Origin: an uncultured Anaerotruncus sp.
GTDB taxonomy: Bacteria; Bacillota; Clostridia; Oscillospirales; Acutalibacteraceae
Length of the DNA stretch: 64,000 nucleotides
Direction of reading: 5' to 3'
NCBI GenBank assembly: GCA_900539775.1
Contig: UQDL01000001.1
Coordinates: 170,569-234,568 of the forward strand
Part shown: piece after piece, positions 1 to 9,571 of the stretch
How the letters are laid out: each line of letters begins with the position of its first letter
How positions within the stretch are numbered: the first letter of the stretch is position 1
The notes under the pieces: generated by a model
The model's database searches: none
Told to the model about the DNA's origin: nothing
What the model saw: only the letters and a program-made list of their open reading frames with translations
Position numbers and translations under genes: made by a program

Positions 1-279
1 GAAGGCGAAAATTGGGGCGATGGCGGCTTTCAAAGCCCATCTTGCCGCAAAATAATAGAATGTGTTTGGCGCAGCTCTTCAAATGTGGCAATCATAGCAT
101 TTCAGGATATGTGCGGCTTTGGCGCCGATGCAAGAATGAATGTTCCCGGAGTGCCAAACAAAAATTGGCGCTTTCGCACCACAAGGGAAACGATAGACAG
201 CGCAGACGCCGATTATTTCAGAAAGATAAATTCAACCTATCGCAGAATGTATCCTGTTTTTGACCAAAACAACAAATAA
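1..279 (+). CDS. malQ: 4-alpha-glucanotransferase (GH77 amylomaltase), C-terminal fragment running off the window start
   Basis: Frame-1 translation ends ...AIIAFQDMCGFGADARMNVPGVPNKNWRFR..., matching the conserved C-terminal MalQ motif (AIIPxQDLLGLGSEARMNxPGTxxxNWxWR). It is followed by a rho-independent terminator. Confidence 0.6.
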   Translation, partial: EGENWGDGGFQSPSCRKIIECVWRSSSNVAIIAFQDMCGFGADARMNVPGVPNKNWRFRTTRETIDSADADYFRKINSTYRRMYPVFDQNNK

Positions 280-282
280 GCA

Positions 283-327
283 AAAATCCCCCTAATGCGA
301 AAAAAGCAAAAGGGGGATTTTATTTTG
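283..327 (+). terminator. rho-independent terminator (stem aatccccc/gggggatt plus T-run)
   Basis: GC-rich inverted repeat at 285-292/312-319 followed by ttttattttgg. Confidence 0.7.
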
Positions 328-426
328 GCAAAATTTGAAGGCTGATTAAAAAACGTTGTCAACAAAAAAGCCTGTGCATAGAATGATATGAAGCTCGCTT
401 CAATTATTCTGCAAAGGAGTTTTTTT

Positions 427-1239
427 ATGGCAAACAACATTATTGACTCAGGCGACAAGCGAATTAACGAAGCCGTTTGCATAGACACAAAGCGAATCTA
501 TGACAGCTGCGTTTCCAAAGACTGCCTTGAGGATTTAAGGGTTACATTTTTCTCTCGCAGCCAAAGGCTTATTGACGAAGCTGTTACAGTTAAATGCCGA
601 GAATGCGAGGTTGCATCCGTTTCCGTTGATTTGGAGGAGGTGCCATTTAACAGAGGCTATTATTCCGTTGACATCACCTTTTATTTTCGCCTTGAATTTG
701 ATACTTATTCGGCGCCGTGCACAACCCCGGAGGTTGCCGTTGGATATGCCCAATTCACGAAAAAATGCATACTTTACGGCTCTGACGGAAAGGTGAAGGT
801 TTTTGTTTCAAATCCGGTTTCGGAAGCCACCGATTGCCCGGAAGCACCGCAATACACAAACCCGGCATGCAAAATTCAGGCTGTTGACCCCGTTATACTT
901 GCGTGCAATACCGTTAATTTGTGCGATTGCTGCATTCCGCTTTGCACATCGTTTCCGCAATCCGTTTTGCAAGGCACGCAAGACACCGTGCCAAGTGCAG
1001 GTGCGGCAAAAGCGGTGCTTGTTACCCTTGGGCTTTTCAGCATAGTGCAAATGGAAAGAGATGTGCAGATTCTTATTCCGGCATATGATTATTGCATTCC
1101 GGAAAGAGAATGCGAATGCAACACGCAAAACCCATGCGATACATTCCAAGGAATTGAATTCCCTGTTGATGAATTTTTCCCTCCCGAAAAAGATGATGCG
1201 CCCGCCTGCTGCTGCGCAACGGAAGCAGACAAAGGATGA
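427..1239 (+). CDS. cysteine-rich hypothetical protein (~270 aa, >25 Cys in CxC/CC/CCC clusters, acidic)
   Basis: ORF 388-1239. AAAGGAG RBS at 413-419 with 7-nt spacing to ATG 427 (MANNIIDSG...). Motifs CIDTKRIYDSCVSKDC, KCRECE, LCDCCIPLC, CIPERECECNTQNPC, APACCCATE. No signal peptide, no family recognised. Confidence 0.6.
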   Translation: MANNIIDSGDKRINEAVCIDTKRIYDSCVSKDCLEDLRVTFFSRSQRLIDEAVTVKCRECEVASVSVDLEEVPFNRGYYSVDITFYFRLEFDTYSAPCTTPEVAVGYAQFTKKCILYGSDGKVKVFVSNPVSEATDCPEAPQYTNPACKIQAVDPVILACNTVNLCDCCIPLCTSFPQSVLQGTQDTVPSAGAAKAVLVTLGLFSIVQMERDVQILIPAYDYCIPERECECNTQNPCDTFQGIEFPVDEFFPPEKDDAPACCCATEADKG

Positions 1240-1344
1240 TTAACAGGCAACCTGCTCCCTGCTGCTGAGCAGATTTTAAAAATCAACAATCACACCGGCG
1301 AAAAAAGGCACGCAAAAGCAGTGCCGCAAAACAGCAAACAAATA

Positions 1345-1388
1345 AAAACTGCCAATACAAAAAAGTATTGGCAGATTTTTTTATTTTA
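1345..1388. terminator. bidirectional rho-independent terminator (perfect palindrome ctgccaatac-aaaaaa-gtattggcag with flanking A/T runs)
   Basis: Sits between the convergent Cys-rich gene (+) and pcrA (-). T-runs are present on both strands. Confidence 0.7.
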
Positions 1389-1466
1389 ATGAAGTTTTAA
1401 AACAGCGTTTTTATATTTATTTTTTACTAAAGCAAAAGCAGCAACCGCCGCTTTTTTAATTATCAA

Positions 1467-3656
1467 TTACAGCTTTTCAAGCTTTGCGTAATTTGCCATA
1501 AGCTTTTTGGTGCCGACTCCTTCCTTATCAAAAGCAACCTCAAGCAAGGTGTCGTTTCCAAGCTCTCTTGCGGATATAACCATGCCTGTGCCGAATGCCT
1601 TATGGCGAACGGTATCGCCTGCCGCAAAGCGCTGAGATGATGAAGCAGCACCGCCGACCTGGCCGAATTTATGCGCTGCCGAAGATGAAGTGCTGTGCGC
1701 CGGCTGAGCGAACGAGCCGAATTTTGAATGAGGCACATAGCTTTGCACCGTTATATCATCCGTTACGCTTACGGGAATTTCACGCAAAAAGCGAGATGCC
1801 TGATTGCGATTTGTGGTGCCGTAAAGCATTCTGCGGCGTGCATTAAGAAGATAAAGCTTTTCCCTTGCTCTTGTGATTCCAACATATGCGAGGCGGCGTT
1901 CCTCCTCCAAATCCTCCTCGCTATAAACGGATTGGCTTCCGGGGAACACACTTTCTTCCATGCCGGGAATAAACACAATCGGAAATTCAAGCCCTTTTGC
2001 CGAATGAAGAGTCATAAGCACAACGGCATCATCATCTTCGTTATAAGAATCTATATCGGCAACAAGCGCAACATCCTCAAGAAAATCGGAAAGTTCAAAA
2101 TCAGCATCCTCTTCCTGATATTTTATAAACATTGAGGAAAGCTCGTTTATGTTGTTTTTTCTGTCCTCTGCGGATTCGGGATCTTCATCAAGATAATCAA
2201 AATAATTTGTTTTATCAAGCACCTCTTGCAAAAGATCCGAAAGCGGCATATCATCATCAAGGCAATCCTGAAAATGCCTTATCATTGCGGCAAAGCCCTG
2301 CAATTTTTGGGCGCTGCGCAGCGTTTTTTGAAATTCATCGGCACGCTCGCAAACCTCAAAAGCAGATATTCCGAGGCCTGTTGCAATTTCCATAACATTT
2401 GCAAACATTGTGTCACCGATTCCTCTTTTGGGCACATTTATTATTCTTTGCAGGCGCACATTATCCGCCGGATTATTTATAACGGCAAAATATGATATAA
2501 CATCCTTGATTTCCTTGCGATCAAAGAATCTGTTGCCGCCGATAACCTTGTGCGGTATTCCGCTTTTTGCAAAGGTGATTTCAATATTACGCGATTGAGC
2601 GTTCATTCTGTAAAGCACAGCGTGATCGCTCATTTTTTTGCCGTTTTTAACATTTTTAAGAATTTCCTGCGCTATAAAGTTTGCTTCGGCCGCCTCGTCC
2701 TCAAGAGTGTTGAAAATAATTTTTTCGCCGCTGCCTGCCTGAGTCCACAGGTTTTTGCCCTTGCGGTTTTTATTGTTTGCGATAACGGCATTTGCAGCAT
2801 CAAGAATATTTTGAGTTGAGCGATAATTCTGCTCAAGCCTGATAACACGGGCGTTCTTATATTGATTTTCAAACGAAAGAATGTTTTCTATTGTGGCGCC
2901 CCTAAAGCGATAAATGCTTTGATCATCGTCGCCCACAACGCAGATGTTGTTATATCCGCCCGCAAGCAGGGAAACGAGTATGTATTGGGCATGAGAAGTA
3001 TCTTGATACTCATCCACCATAACATATTTAAACTGCTTTTGATAAAGTTCCAGCACATCCGGATTGCCTTCAAGCAGGCGCACGGTGTTGAAAATAATAT
3101 CATCAAAATCCATTGCATCGGATTTTAAAAGCTCTTTTTGATAAAGCTCATAGCAATCGGCAATGCGAGCCTTTCTGAAATCATTTTGAGCCAGCTTTTT
3201 ATATTCCTCATAATCAACAAGGCTGTCTTTTGCAGAGCTGATTTCGGAAAGAATTGATTTGTGATGCAAAATTTTATCTGATATTTCAAGTGCCTTTTGG
3301 CAATGCTTCATCACTCTTTTTTGATCATCCGTGTCATAAATAGTAAAGTGAGAAGTGTAGCCGAGCCTGTCTGCAAATCTTCTTAAAATCCTTGCGCAGC
3401 ATGAATGGAAGGTGTAAGCCCAAATATCATTAGCCTCCGGGCCGATTGCATTTGTAAGCCTTTCACGAATTTCACCTGCCGCTTTATTTGTGAATGTGAT
3501 TGCAAGCACCTGCCACGGTGCCGCAAGGCCGCTGCCGATAATATGCTGCACCCTGTTTACAAGCACGGTGGTTTTTCCGGAGCCTGCACCCGCAAGAATT
3601 AAAAGCGGGCCCTCGGTTTGATTAACAGCCTCTTGCTGCATTGCATTTAAAGCCAT
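1467..3656 (-). CDS. pcrA: ATP-dependent DNA helicase PcrA/UvrD family
   Basis: MALNAMQQEAV...LLILAGAGSGKTTVLVNRV (Walker A), DEYQDT, VGDDDQSIYRFRGA, YRS motifs. 729 aa. Confidence 0.9.
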   Translation of the reverse strand: MALNAMQQEAVNQTEGPLLILAGAGSGKTTVLVNRVQHIIGSGLAAPWQVLAITFTNKAAGEIRERLTNAIGPEANDIWAYTFHSCCARILRRFADRLGYTSHFTIYDTDDQKRVMKHCQKALEISDKILHHKSILSEISSAKDSLVDYEEYKKLAQNDFRKARIADCYELYQKELLKSDAMDFDDIIFNTVRLLEGNPDVLELYQKQFKYVMVDEYQDTSHAQYILVSLLAGGYNNICVVGDDDQSIYRFRGATIENILSFENQYKNARVIRLEQNYRSTQNILDAANAVIANNKNRKGKNLWTQAGSGEKIIFNTLEDEAAEANFIAQEILKNVKNGKKMSDHAVLYRMNAQSRNIEITFAKSGIPHKVIGGNRFFDRKEIKDVISYFAVINNPADNVRLQRIINVPKRGIGDTMFANVMEIATGLGISAFEVCERADEFQKTLRSAQKLQGFAAMIRHFQDCLDDDMPLSDLLQEVLDKTNYFDYLDEDPESAEDRKNNINELSSMFIKYQEEDADFELSDFLEDVALVADIDSYNEDDDAVVLMTLHSAKGLEFPIVFIPGMEESVFPGSQSVYSEEDLEEERRLAYVGITRAREKLYLLNARRRMLYGTTNRNQASRFLREIPVSVTDDITVQSYVPHSKFGSFAQPAHSTSSSAAHKFGQVGGAASSSQRFAAGDTVRHKAFGTGMVISARELGNDTLLEVAFDKEGVGTKKLMANYAKLEKL

Positions 3657-3785
3657 ATTTTCCTCTCTTTCTTAACAACTTACCGCCAAATCCAAAAGAA
3701 TGCGGCATAAAATTAAATCAGTTTTTCTTTATCATAAGCCGAAAAAAAGGGTGTGTTTATCACACCCTTTTTGAATGTTAAATAA

Positions 3786-5006
3786 TTATTTAAGCAGAGT
3801 AAGCAAAACGCCTGCCGCAACCGCCGAGCCGATAACACCCGAAACATTCGGGCCCATTGCATGCATGAGCAGGAAGTTTGACGGATTTTCTTTTTGGCCC
3901 ACTTTTTGGCTTACACGAGCCGCCATAGGAACTGCCGAAACGCCTGCCGATCCGATAAGCGGATTTACCTTGCCCTTTGTTAACACGCACATAATCTTGC
4001 CGAAAAGCACACCGCCTGCCGTGCCTACAGAGAATGCAATAAGGCCGAGTACAACAATGAAAAGAGAATTCAAATTAAGGAAGCTTTGTGCACTTGTGGT
4101 GGCGCCAACGGAAAGGCCGAGCATAATCGTTACGATATTCATAAGCTCATTTTGAGCAGCTTTTGCGATTCTTTCCGTTCTGCCGCTTTCTTTAAGCAGG
4201 TTGCCGAGCATGAGCATGCCCACAAGAGTGGCAGCATCCGGAAGAAGAAGAGAAACGATAACAGTTACCATGATCGGAAACAGGATTTTTTCAAGCTTTG
4301 AAACGGAGCGCAAATTGCCCATAACAATGCTGCGCTCTTTTTTAGTGGTGAGAGCACGCATAATGGGCGGCTGAATAACGGGCACAAGTGCCATATAGGA
4401 ATATGCCGCCACGGCGATGGTGCCAAGCAATTCCGGAGCCAATTTTGAAGTTACGAAAATAGCCGTTGGGCCGTCTGCACCGCCGATGATGCCGATTGAG
4501 CCTGCCTGCTGAGGCGTGAAGCCGAAAAGAATTGCACCCACATAAGTGAAGAAAATGCCAAGCTGAGCAGCAGCACCGAGAATAAAGCTTGAGGGATTTG
4601 CGATAAGCGGAGCAAAATCCGTCATGGCGCCGATGCCAAGGAAAATAAGCGGAGGATAAACTCCCGCTTTAACGCCGAAATAAAGGAAATCCATAAGCCC
4701 CGGCGTGCACACCGCACCCGTGGTTTCATTCACCATTCTGCCTGCCATTAAATCTATAAAGCCCTGCAAATCATGATATTGCACCGCAAGGTTTGCGCCG
4801 GGAATATTTGCCAGCAACATACCGAATGCAATAGGCACCATAAGCAAAGGCTCAAAGCCTTTTTTAATTCCGAGATACAGGAAGCAAAAGGCCACCAATA
4901 TCATTATTAAATTTTTGAAACCGCCGTCTGCGGTAAAGAAATAGGCGTAACCGCTGTTTGAAACAATATCGGTTATAGCGCCCCAAACGCCTTGTAAAAT
5001 TTCCAC
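3786..5006 (-). CDS. oadB: Na+-translocating decarboxylase beta subunit (OadB/GcdB/MmdB family)
   Basis: Polytopic membrane protein with the hallmark [15 protein letters not shown] motif. The ORF extends to 5030, but GGAGG at 5013-5017 followed 9 nt later by GTG (VEILQG...) suggests the real start is GTG at 5006. Confidence 0.8.
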   Translation of the reverse strand: MEILQGVWGAITDIVSNSGYAYFFTADGGFKNLIMILVAFCFLYLGIKKGFEPLLMVPIAFGMLLANIPGANLAVQYHDLQGFIDLMAGRMVNETTGAVCTPGLMDFLYFGVKAGVYPPLIFLGIGAMTDFAPLIANPSSFILGAAAQLGIFFTYVGAILFGFTPQQAGSIGIIGGADGPTAIFVTSKLAPELLGTIAVAAYSYMALVPVIQPPIMRALTTKKERSIVMGNLRSVSKLEKILFPIMVTVIVSLLLPDAATLVGMLMLGNLLKESGRTERIAKAAQNELMNIVTIMLGLSVGATTSAQSFLNLNSLFIVVLGLIAFSVGTAGGVLFGKIMCVLTKGKVNPLIGSAGVSAVPMAARVSQKVGQKENPSNFLLMHAMGPNVSGVIGSAVAAGVLLTLLK

Positions 5007-5113
5007 AATAAAAGTCCTCCGATTAAGCAAGCGGTAACAATAAAAAGCAGCTTTTGCATTTCATTTTCCGCTTAGAGTTATTAACACAACAGCCGATTTA
5101 GAAAGCGAACTTG

Positions 5114-5545
5114 TTAAAACGGCCTTGCATTTTCAGCAGCCGCAGCCGCTGCCCACGGATTTCTGCCTGCGGGCTTTTTAACTCTGATGGCTCTTATGGT
5201 AAACGAAGCTCCGCCTTCATAAGCGGAAACAGCTGCCGAAATTGCCGCCACAACAGCAGGATCAATGCCGCAAGAGGGTGCTGCCGCAACGGGAGCCGCT
5301 GGTTTGCTTGCCGGCTCGGCAGGCTTTTTAGCCGGAGCGGAAGAAACTTTTTCCGCATTCTTTTTCTTCTTCGGCGATTTGCCTGTTTTAGACATTACAG
5401 CGCCGAAACCTTTAAAAATAAATATAAGAACAACCAAAACGAGCATAACAATAACTATGCCCGAAACAACAACCGTTGCCGTTTGCGCCCAATCTATTTT
5501 AGCCGCAACGGGGGCCGCAATATTCAATAATTCTGCACCGTGCAT
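5114..5545 (-). CDS. oadG: OadG-family Na+-pump decarboxylase gamma subunit-like protein (N-terminal TM, Ala/Pro/Lys-rich linker)
   Basis: N-terminal hydrophobic helix VVVSGIVIVMLVLVVLIFIF then AKKPAEPASKPAAPVAAAP. GGAGG RBS 8 nt upstream of ATG 5545. Lies immediately upstream of oadB. Confidence 0.55.
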   Translation of the reverse strand: MHGAELLNIAAPVAAKIDWAQTATVVVSGIVIVMLVLVVLIFIFKGFGAVMSKTGKSPKKKKNAEKVSSAPAKKPAEPASKPAAPVAAAPSCGIDPAVVAAISAAVSAYEGGASFTIRAIRVKKPAGRNPWAAAAAAENARPF

Positions 5546-5760
5546 CAATTTTTCCTCCGAAAATCCAAATTAGTAGTATTATAAATCAGACGCTTTAGAT
5601 TTTCAACCGTAAATCGCTATTTTTATATATATTGACAAAAAGTTATCACTCACAACCGAAAATATTATACATCGCCTATTGATTTATTTAAAAAATCGCT
5701 TATAATATTATTAGCGATAAATAAACATCAATTCAAAAAGCCGTTAAAAGGAGGATAATT

Positions 5761-5895
5761 ATGAAAAAGGAAACCCTGCTCATAGCAATCTTTGTGGCTC
5801 TTATTATTTTGTGGATAACTGAAACTTTGGGAATGAGAAAAACATCACGCCTGCTCGGCGGAGCAATTGATGTGGCATTTTCTCTTTTAAGATAG
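5761..5895 (+). CDS. small membrane protein (44 aa), MKKETLLIAIFVALIILWITETLGMRKTSRLLGGAIDVAFSLLR
   Basis: Not in the ORF track (<60 aa). Strong RBS aaaggagg 6 nt before ATG. Single TM helix. Its own terminator follows directly. Confidence 0.45.
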   Translation: MKKETLLIAIFVALIILWITETLGMRKTSRLLGGAIDVAFSLLR

Positions 5896-5908
5896 TTTGA
5901 TTGGTTTT

Positions 5909-5947
5909 ACGCACTGCGATTCATGCCGCAGTGCGTTTATTTTTTGC
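5909..5947 (+). terminator. rho-independent terminator (cgcactgcg / cgcagtgcg plus T-run)
   Basis: 9-bp perfect stem followed by tttatttttt. Confidence 0.7.
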
Positions 5948-5990
5948 CTTTATTCTTACAACATTAAATAAATAATTTTGCAAAAAATTA

Positions 5991-6033
5991 ACGGGAGTGC
6001 CCTTTCGGATACACTCCCGTCTTTGTTTTTTTT
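5991..6033. terminator. bidirectional terminator (acgggagtg / cactcccgt)
   Basis: 9-bp stem, T-run downstream on plus, and an A-run upstream giving a T-run for the minus-strand gene ending at 6058. Confidence 0.65.
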
Positions 6034-6057
6034 GAGCACACCTGATTTTCCGTGCCG

Positions 6058-8118
6058 TTATTTTAACTTCAAACCAAGCGTTTTCAAATATTCGCAGCTG
6101 TTTGAATCATAAGGCAAAATCTCATAGCTTTTGCTTTCAAACAGATAGCAGCCGCTTTCATCCATGCAGCCTTGCTCGCCTGCTTCATAGCTTCTGATAA
6201 TGCTGCTTCGTTTTTCCTCTTCAACCGCCATAAGCTCGCTTCGTTTTTCCTCCGAAAGCTCCGGAGAGAATTTATAATTGCAAAGCACGCCCTCAACAGC
6301 CGGAATCACTTGCCTGTAATAAGGCGGAGTTATTGAAAACAGCTCGCCCTGCGTTTCAACAAATTCATATTTTGTTTCATTGAGCCTGTCTTCAATCAGC
6401 AATTCACGCAGCTTTTCCGCCTGCTCTGCGGTTAACTGATTGTTATAGGAATCATGATAAGCGGATGATGCATCGCTTGTTTCCGTTTCGGTTTCTTCAT
6501 AGAAACCAAGCTCATCGTTTTGATAATGTGAGAAATAAGAGAAATAAATATTTTTGAAGTTTTCTTCATTAAGAGATGTTTGATTAAGCACCTCTTTGTT
6601 TTGAACGGCGGCAACATATTCATCAATAACGGCAAGGCCGGAAACCTCATATCTTCTTGTTACGGTTTTGCCGTTTTTGAGGGTGTATTTTACGGCAAAG
6701 CCGATTATGCCGTCATCGCTGTTTAAAACATCATAATCAACATAATCAACATAATCAACATCTTCGTTTTCAAGGCTTCTGTAATAAGCGGCGGTTTTTT
6801 TTCGTGCTTCATCGGAAACGGTTTTTTCGTGAAGCGCAACAAGCTTTTCAATATTTTCAGGTTCTGTGATTGTGTAAGAATTATCTTCGTTTGAATAGCC
6901 CATATAAAGCACATTGCCTATATATTGCACAAGCGGCACGGCATCGTCGTGTGAATAATTTTTCACTTCAAGCACGGCGCTTTTAACACTGTCCGCCTCA
7001 GGAACATAAGACACAAAGGATTTTTCCGGAGGAAAATAAGAAAATGCAAGCAACACAAGCCCAACGGCAACTGTTGCGGCAACGCTTATTGCGCCCTGCT
7101 TTGTATATGCTTTTTTATAGAAAACGGCACAGAATATGAGCCCGTTTATAACGGCTGCGGCAATTCCGACGGCAGCTGTTTTAAGAAAGCTTTGCGAAGC
7201 TTGGAAAAACACAAATCCGCCAAAGGCAAAAAGAGCAAGGAAAGCATAAGGCACGATTTTGCCGGACAAAGTGCTTTCCGCAACTTCAGATGAGCGCCTT
7301 TTAAATGCAAGCAAGCCCGCAACATAAAACAAAACAACAGTTACAATTGAAACGGGAATGCATATTTTTAATGCTCTGTAGGTTGTTTCCACCGTATTTA
7401 TTCCGCTAAAGAGCGCACCGATCGGGGTTATGGAGGCAACGGCATTTAGATCCGCTTTTATTCCCCAAACAAGATTAAGCCTTGAAGCAACGCCGAGAGC
7501 CGAAATAAGCACAAATGAAGACGAAATTCCGCAAAGCACAAGATATTGCACAAGCCTGCCTGCAATTACTGCGCAAAGCATAAACACCGCCCAAACCGAA
7601 AGCAATGCGGCAACAGCAAAAACAGTGTAACGATTCACAAGCTCTGTATCTATTGAAAATTCGAATTTATCCGGCACACCGCCAAACTTAAACGCAAAGA
7701 AGGTTGCTGCCGGAAGCAAGGGGGCCGCTATATTAACAACAGCGCCCATAATGAATGCGGCATTAAATCTGTCTGCTCTTTTAATCGGAGCGGCAAAATA
7801 AGAATCGCATGCTCTTTTACTGTATATCTCGCTGAAATAATGAGCCGGTGCTATTACATCATAAAGCAACACCAAGAAAAAAACTACCGTGAAACAAGTT
7901 TGAAATGCATCCGTTACACCGTATCTTACAAACGATGTTTGGATTTTAACATCCGAAAGCGCAAAGCCGTATTCAATAAAAGCTGCGGCAACGGAAACGA
8001 TAAGGCAGCCGCCGAGCGCAACCAAAAATCCGGGCAAATAACGCCTGAAATTCATTTGCAGCACTTTATTAAGCTTGCTTTTTTTGCTTTCTTTTAATAA
8101 ATTGTTTTTAGGATTCAT
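6058..8118 (-). CDS. large polytopic membrane protein (~10 TM, ~360 aa) with C-terminal ~300-aa acidic soluble domain; possible ABC-2-type permease-like partner
   Basis: ORF extends to 8148, but GAGGAGG RBS then 6 nt then ATG (MNPKNN...) puts the start at 8118. Many hydrophobic segments. The C-terminal domain contains a DYVDYVDYV repeat. No family recognised. Confidence 0.6.
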   Translation of the reverse strand: MNPKNNLLKESKKSKLNKVLQMNFRRYLPGFLVALGGCLIVSVAAAFIEYGFALSDVKIQTSFVRYGVTDAFQTCFTVVFFLVLLYDVIAPAHYFSEIYSKRACDSYFAAPIKRADRFNAAFIMGAVVNIAAPLLPAATFFAFKFGGVPDKFEFSIDTELVNRYTVFAVAALLSVWAVFMLCAVIAGRLVQYLVLCGISSSFVLISALGVASRLNLVWGIKADLNAVASITPIGALFSGINTVETTYRALKICIPVSIVTVVLFYVAGLLAFKRRSSEVAESTLSGKIVPYAFLALFAFGGFVFFQASQSFLKTAAVGIAAAVINGLIFCAVFYKKAYTKQGAISVAATVAVGLVLLAFSYFPPEKSFVSYVPEADSVKSAVLEVKNYSHDDAVPLVQYIGNVLYMGYSNEDNSYTITEPENIEKLVALHEKTVSDEARKKTAAYYRSLENEDVDYVDYVDYDVLNSDDGIIGFAVKYTLKNGKTVTRRYEVSGLAVIDEYVAAVQNKEVLNQTSLNEENFKNIYFSYFSHYQNDELGFYEETETETSDASSAYHDSYNNQLTAEQAEKLRELLIEDRLNETKYEFVETQGELFSITPPYYRQVIPAVEGVLCNYKFSPELSEEKRSELMAVEEEKRSSIIRSYEAGEQGCMDESGCYLFESKSYEILPYDSNSCEYLKTLGLKLK

Positions 8119-8415
8119 AACCTGCCTCCTCTGTTTTCGGCAAAACATTTAACGAACCTGCCGTTTTAAATTTTCAATTACTGCGGCGCATTGCAAATGA
8201 AAAACCGCACTGCCGAAGCAGTTACAAAGCCCGGCGCAAAATTGAATGAAATCGGATTTTATTTTCAGTTTTATTTATATATATTTGATCTTTGCCGCAA
8301 CGATTAAGCCAACCGCTTAAAAGCGGAGTTTTGCTTTTGAGCATCTGCAAGCATATTGAATTCAACGCAAATATGTGCTAAAATTCTGTTATAGCGCATA
8401 TAAAGGAGAATTTTT

Positions 8416-9525
8416 ATGATTTTTTTCATTGCGGCACTGTTTCTTTTAACATCCTGCGGTGCGGCTTTTTCAAAGCACGATGAATTTAACAAAGATTACA
8501 TCAGCAAGGACGGCACCGTTGCCATAAAAGGAATATTTGTTTTTTTGATTTTTCTTGGCCACGCCATGACATATATTGATGCCACGGGCACATTTGATTT
8601 GCCGTATGTTAAAATTCAGCGGTATTTAGACCAAATGGTTGTTTCCATGTTTTTCTTTTATTCCGGCTTCGGAATAATGGAGCAGATAAAGCACAGAGGC
8701 GGAGCATACATAGGCACAATTCCCAAAAAGCGCTTTCCGCAGCTTTTGCTTAACATGGATATTTGCGTGGTGCTGTTTATTATTTTGAATGCCGCTATCG
8801 GCCAAACATTCGGCGCAAAGCATATTTTACTTTCCCTTATAGGCTGGGAATCGGTTGGCAACACAAACTGGTATATTTTTGTTATGCTTGCGCTTTACAT
8901 AGTTACTTACTTATCTTTCCTTGTTATAAAGAAGAAAAACAACAAGCCAACTCAGTTTTTGGGTTTATGCCTTGCAACCGCGCTTTCCGTTTTGCTTATT
9001 TTTGCAATTGCAAAGGGCAAAGCCGGCCATGCTTTTTGGTACGACACTCTTATTCTGTATACTTTCGGAATGTGGTATTCCTTCTTCAAAAACATAATCG
9101 AAAAGGTTTTAATGAAAAACGATTTGATTTATTTTGCTGTTTTTGCCATTGTTGCTCTAGGCTATCTTGAAGCATACAACATTCGCATGAGAACAGATTT
9201 CAGACTTTTTATTTACACAGCTTGGGCTGTGCTTTTCACACTTGGAATTGTGATGATGACTCTTAAGGTTAAAATCGGAAATCCCGTTCTTGAATGGCTT
9301 GGAAACCACGTTTTCAGCGTTTATATGCTTCAGCGCCTGCCGATGATTTTGCTTACTCATCTTGGAGTTGCGCAAAGACACAAATATGCATTTTTGCTTG
9401 CATCACTTGTTATCACCGTGCTGCTTGCCGAGATTTTTGATCGCTGCACAGGCGCAATTTATTCAAAAATATGGAAAACAAAAAAGCCTGAAATAAAACA
9501 GCAAACCGCCGATACAAACGCTTGA
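8416..9525 (+). CDS. acyltransferase family 3 (OatA-like) integral membrane O-acyltransferase
   Basis: AAAGGAG RBS. 369 aa with ~10 TM. N-terminal KGIFVFLIFLGHAM... matches the acyltransferase_3 pattern (conserved His in the first TM region). Confidence 0.6.
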   Translation: MIFFIAALFLLTSCGAAFSKHDEFNKDYISKDGTVAIKGIFVFLIFLGHAMTYIDATGTFDLPYVKIQRYLDQMVVSMFFFYSGFGIMEQIKHRGGAYIGTIPKKRFPQLLLNMDICVVLFIILNAAIGQTFGAKHILLSLIGWESVGNTNWYIFVMLALYIVTYLSFLVIKKKNNKPTQFLGLCLATALSVLLIFAIAKGKAGHAFWYDTLILYTFGMWYSFFKNIIEKVLMKNDLIYFAVFAIVALGYLEAYNIRMRTDFRLFIYTAWAVLFTLGIVMMTLKVKIGNPVLEWLGNHVFSVYMLQRLPMILLTHLGVAQRHKYAFLLASLVITVLLAEIFDRCTGAIYSKIWKTKKPEIKQQTADTNA

Positions 9526-9538
9526 TTGCCAAGCTTTT

Positions 9539-9571
9539 GCCCTGCCCGATTTTCGGGCAGGCTTTTTTTAT
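9539..9571. terminator. bidirectional terminator between convergent genes (cctgcccga / tcgggcagg)
   Basis: Perfect 9-bp stem, 4-nt loop, T-run. Confidence 0.7.
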
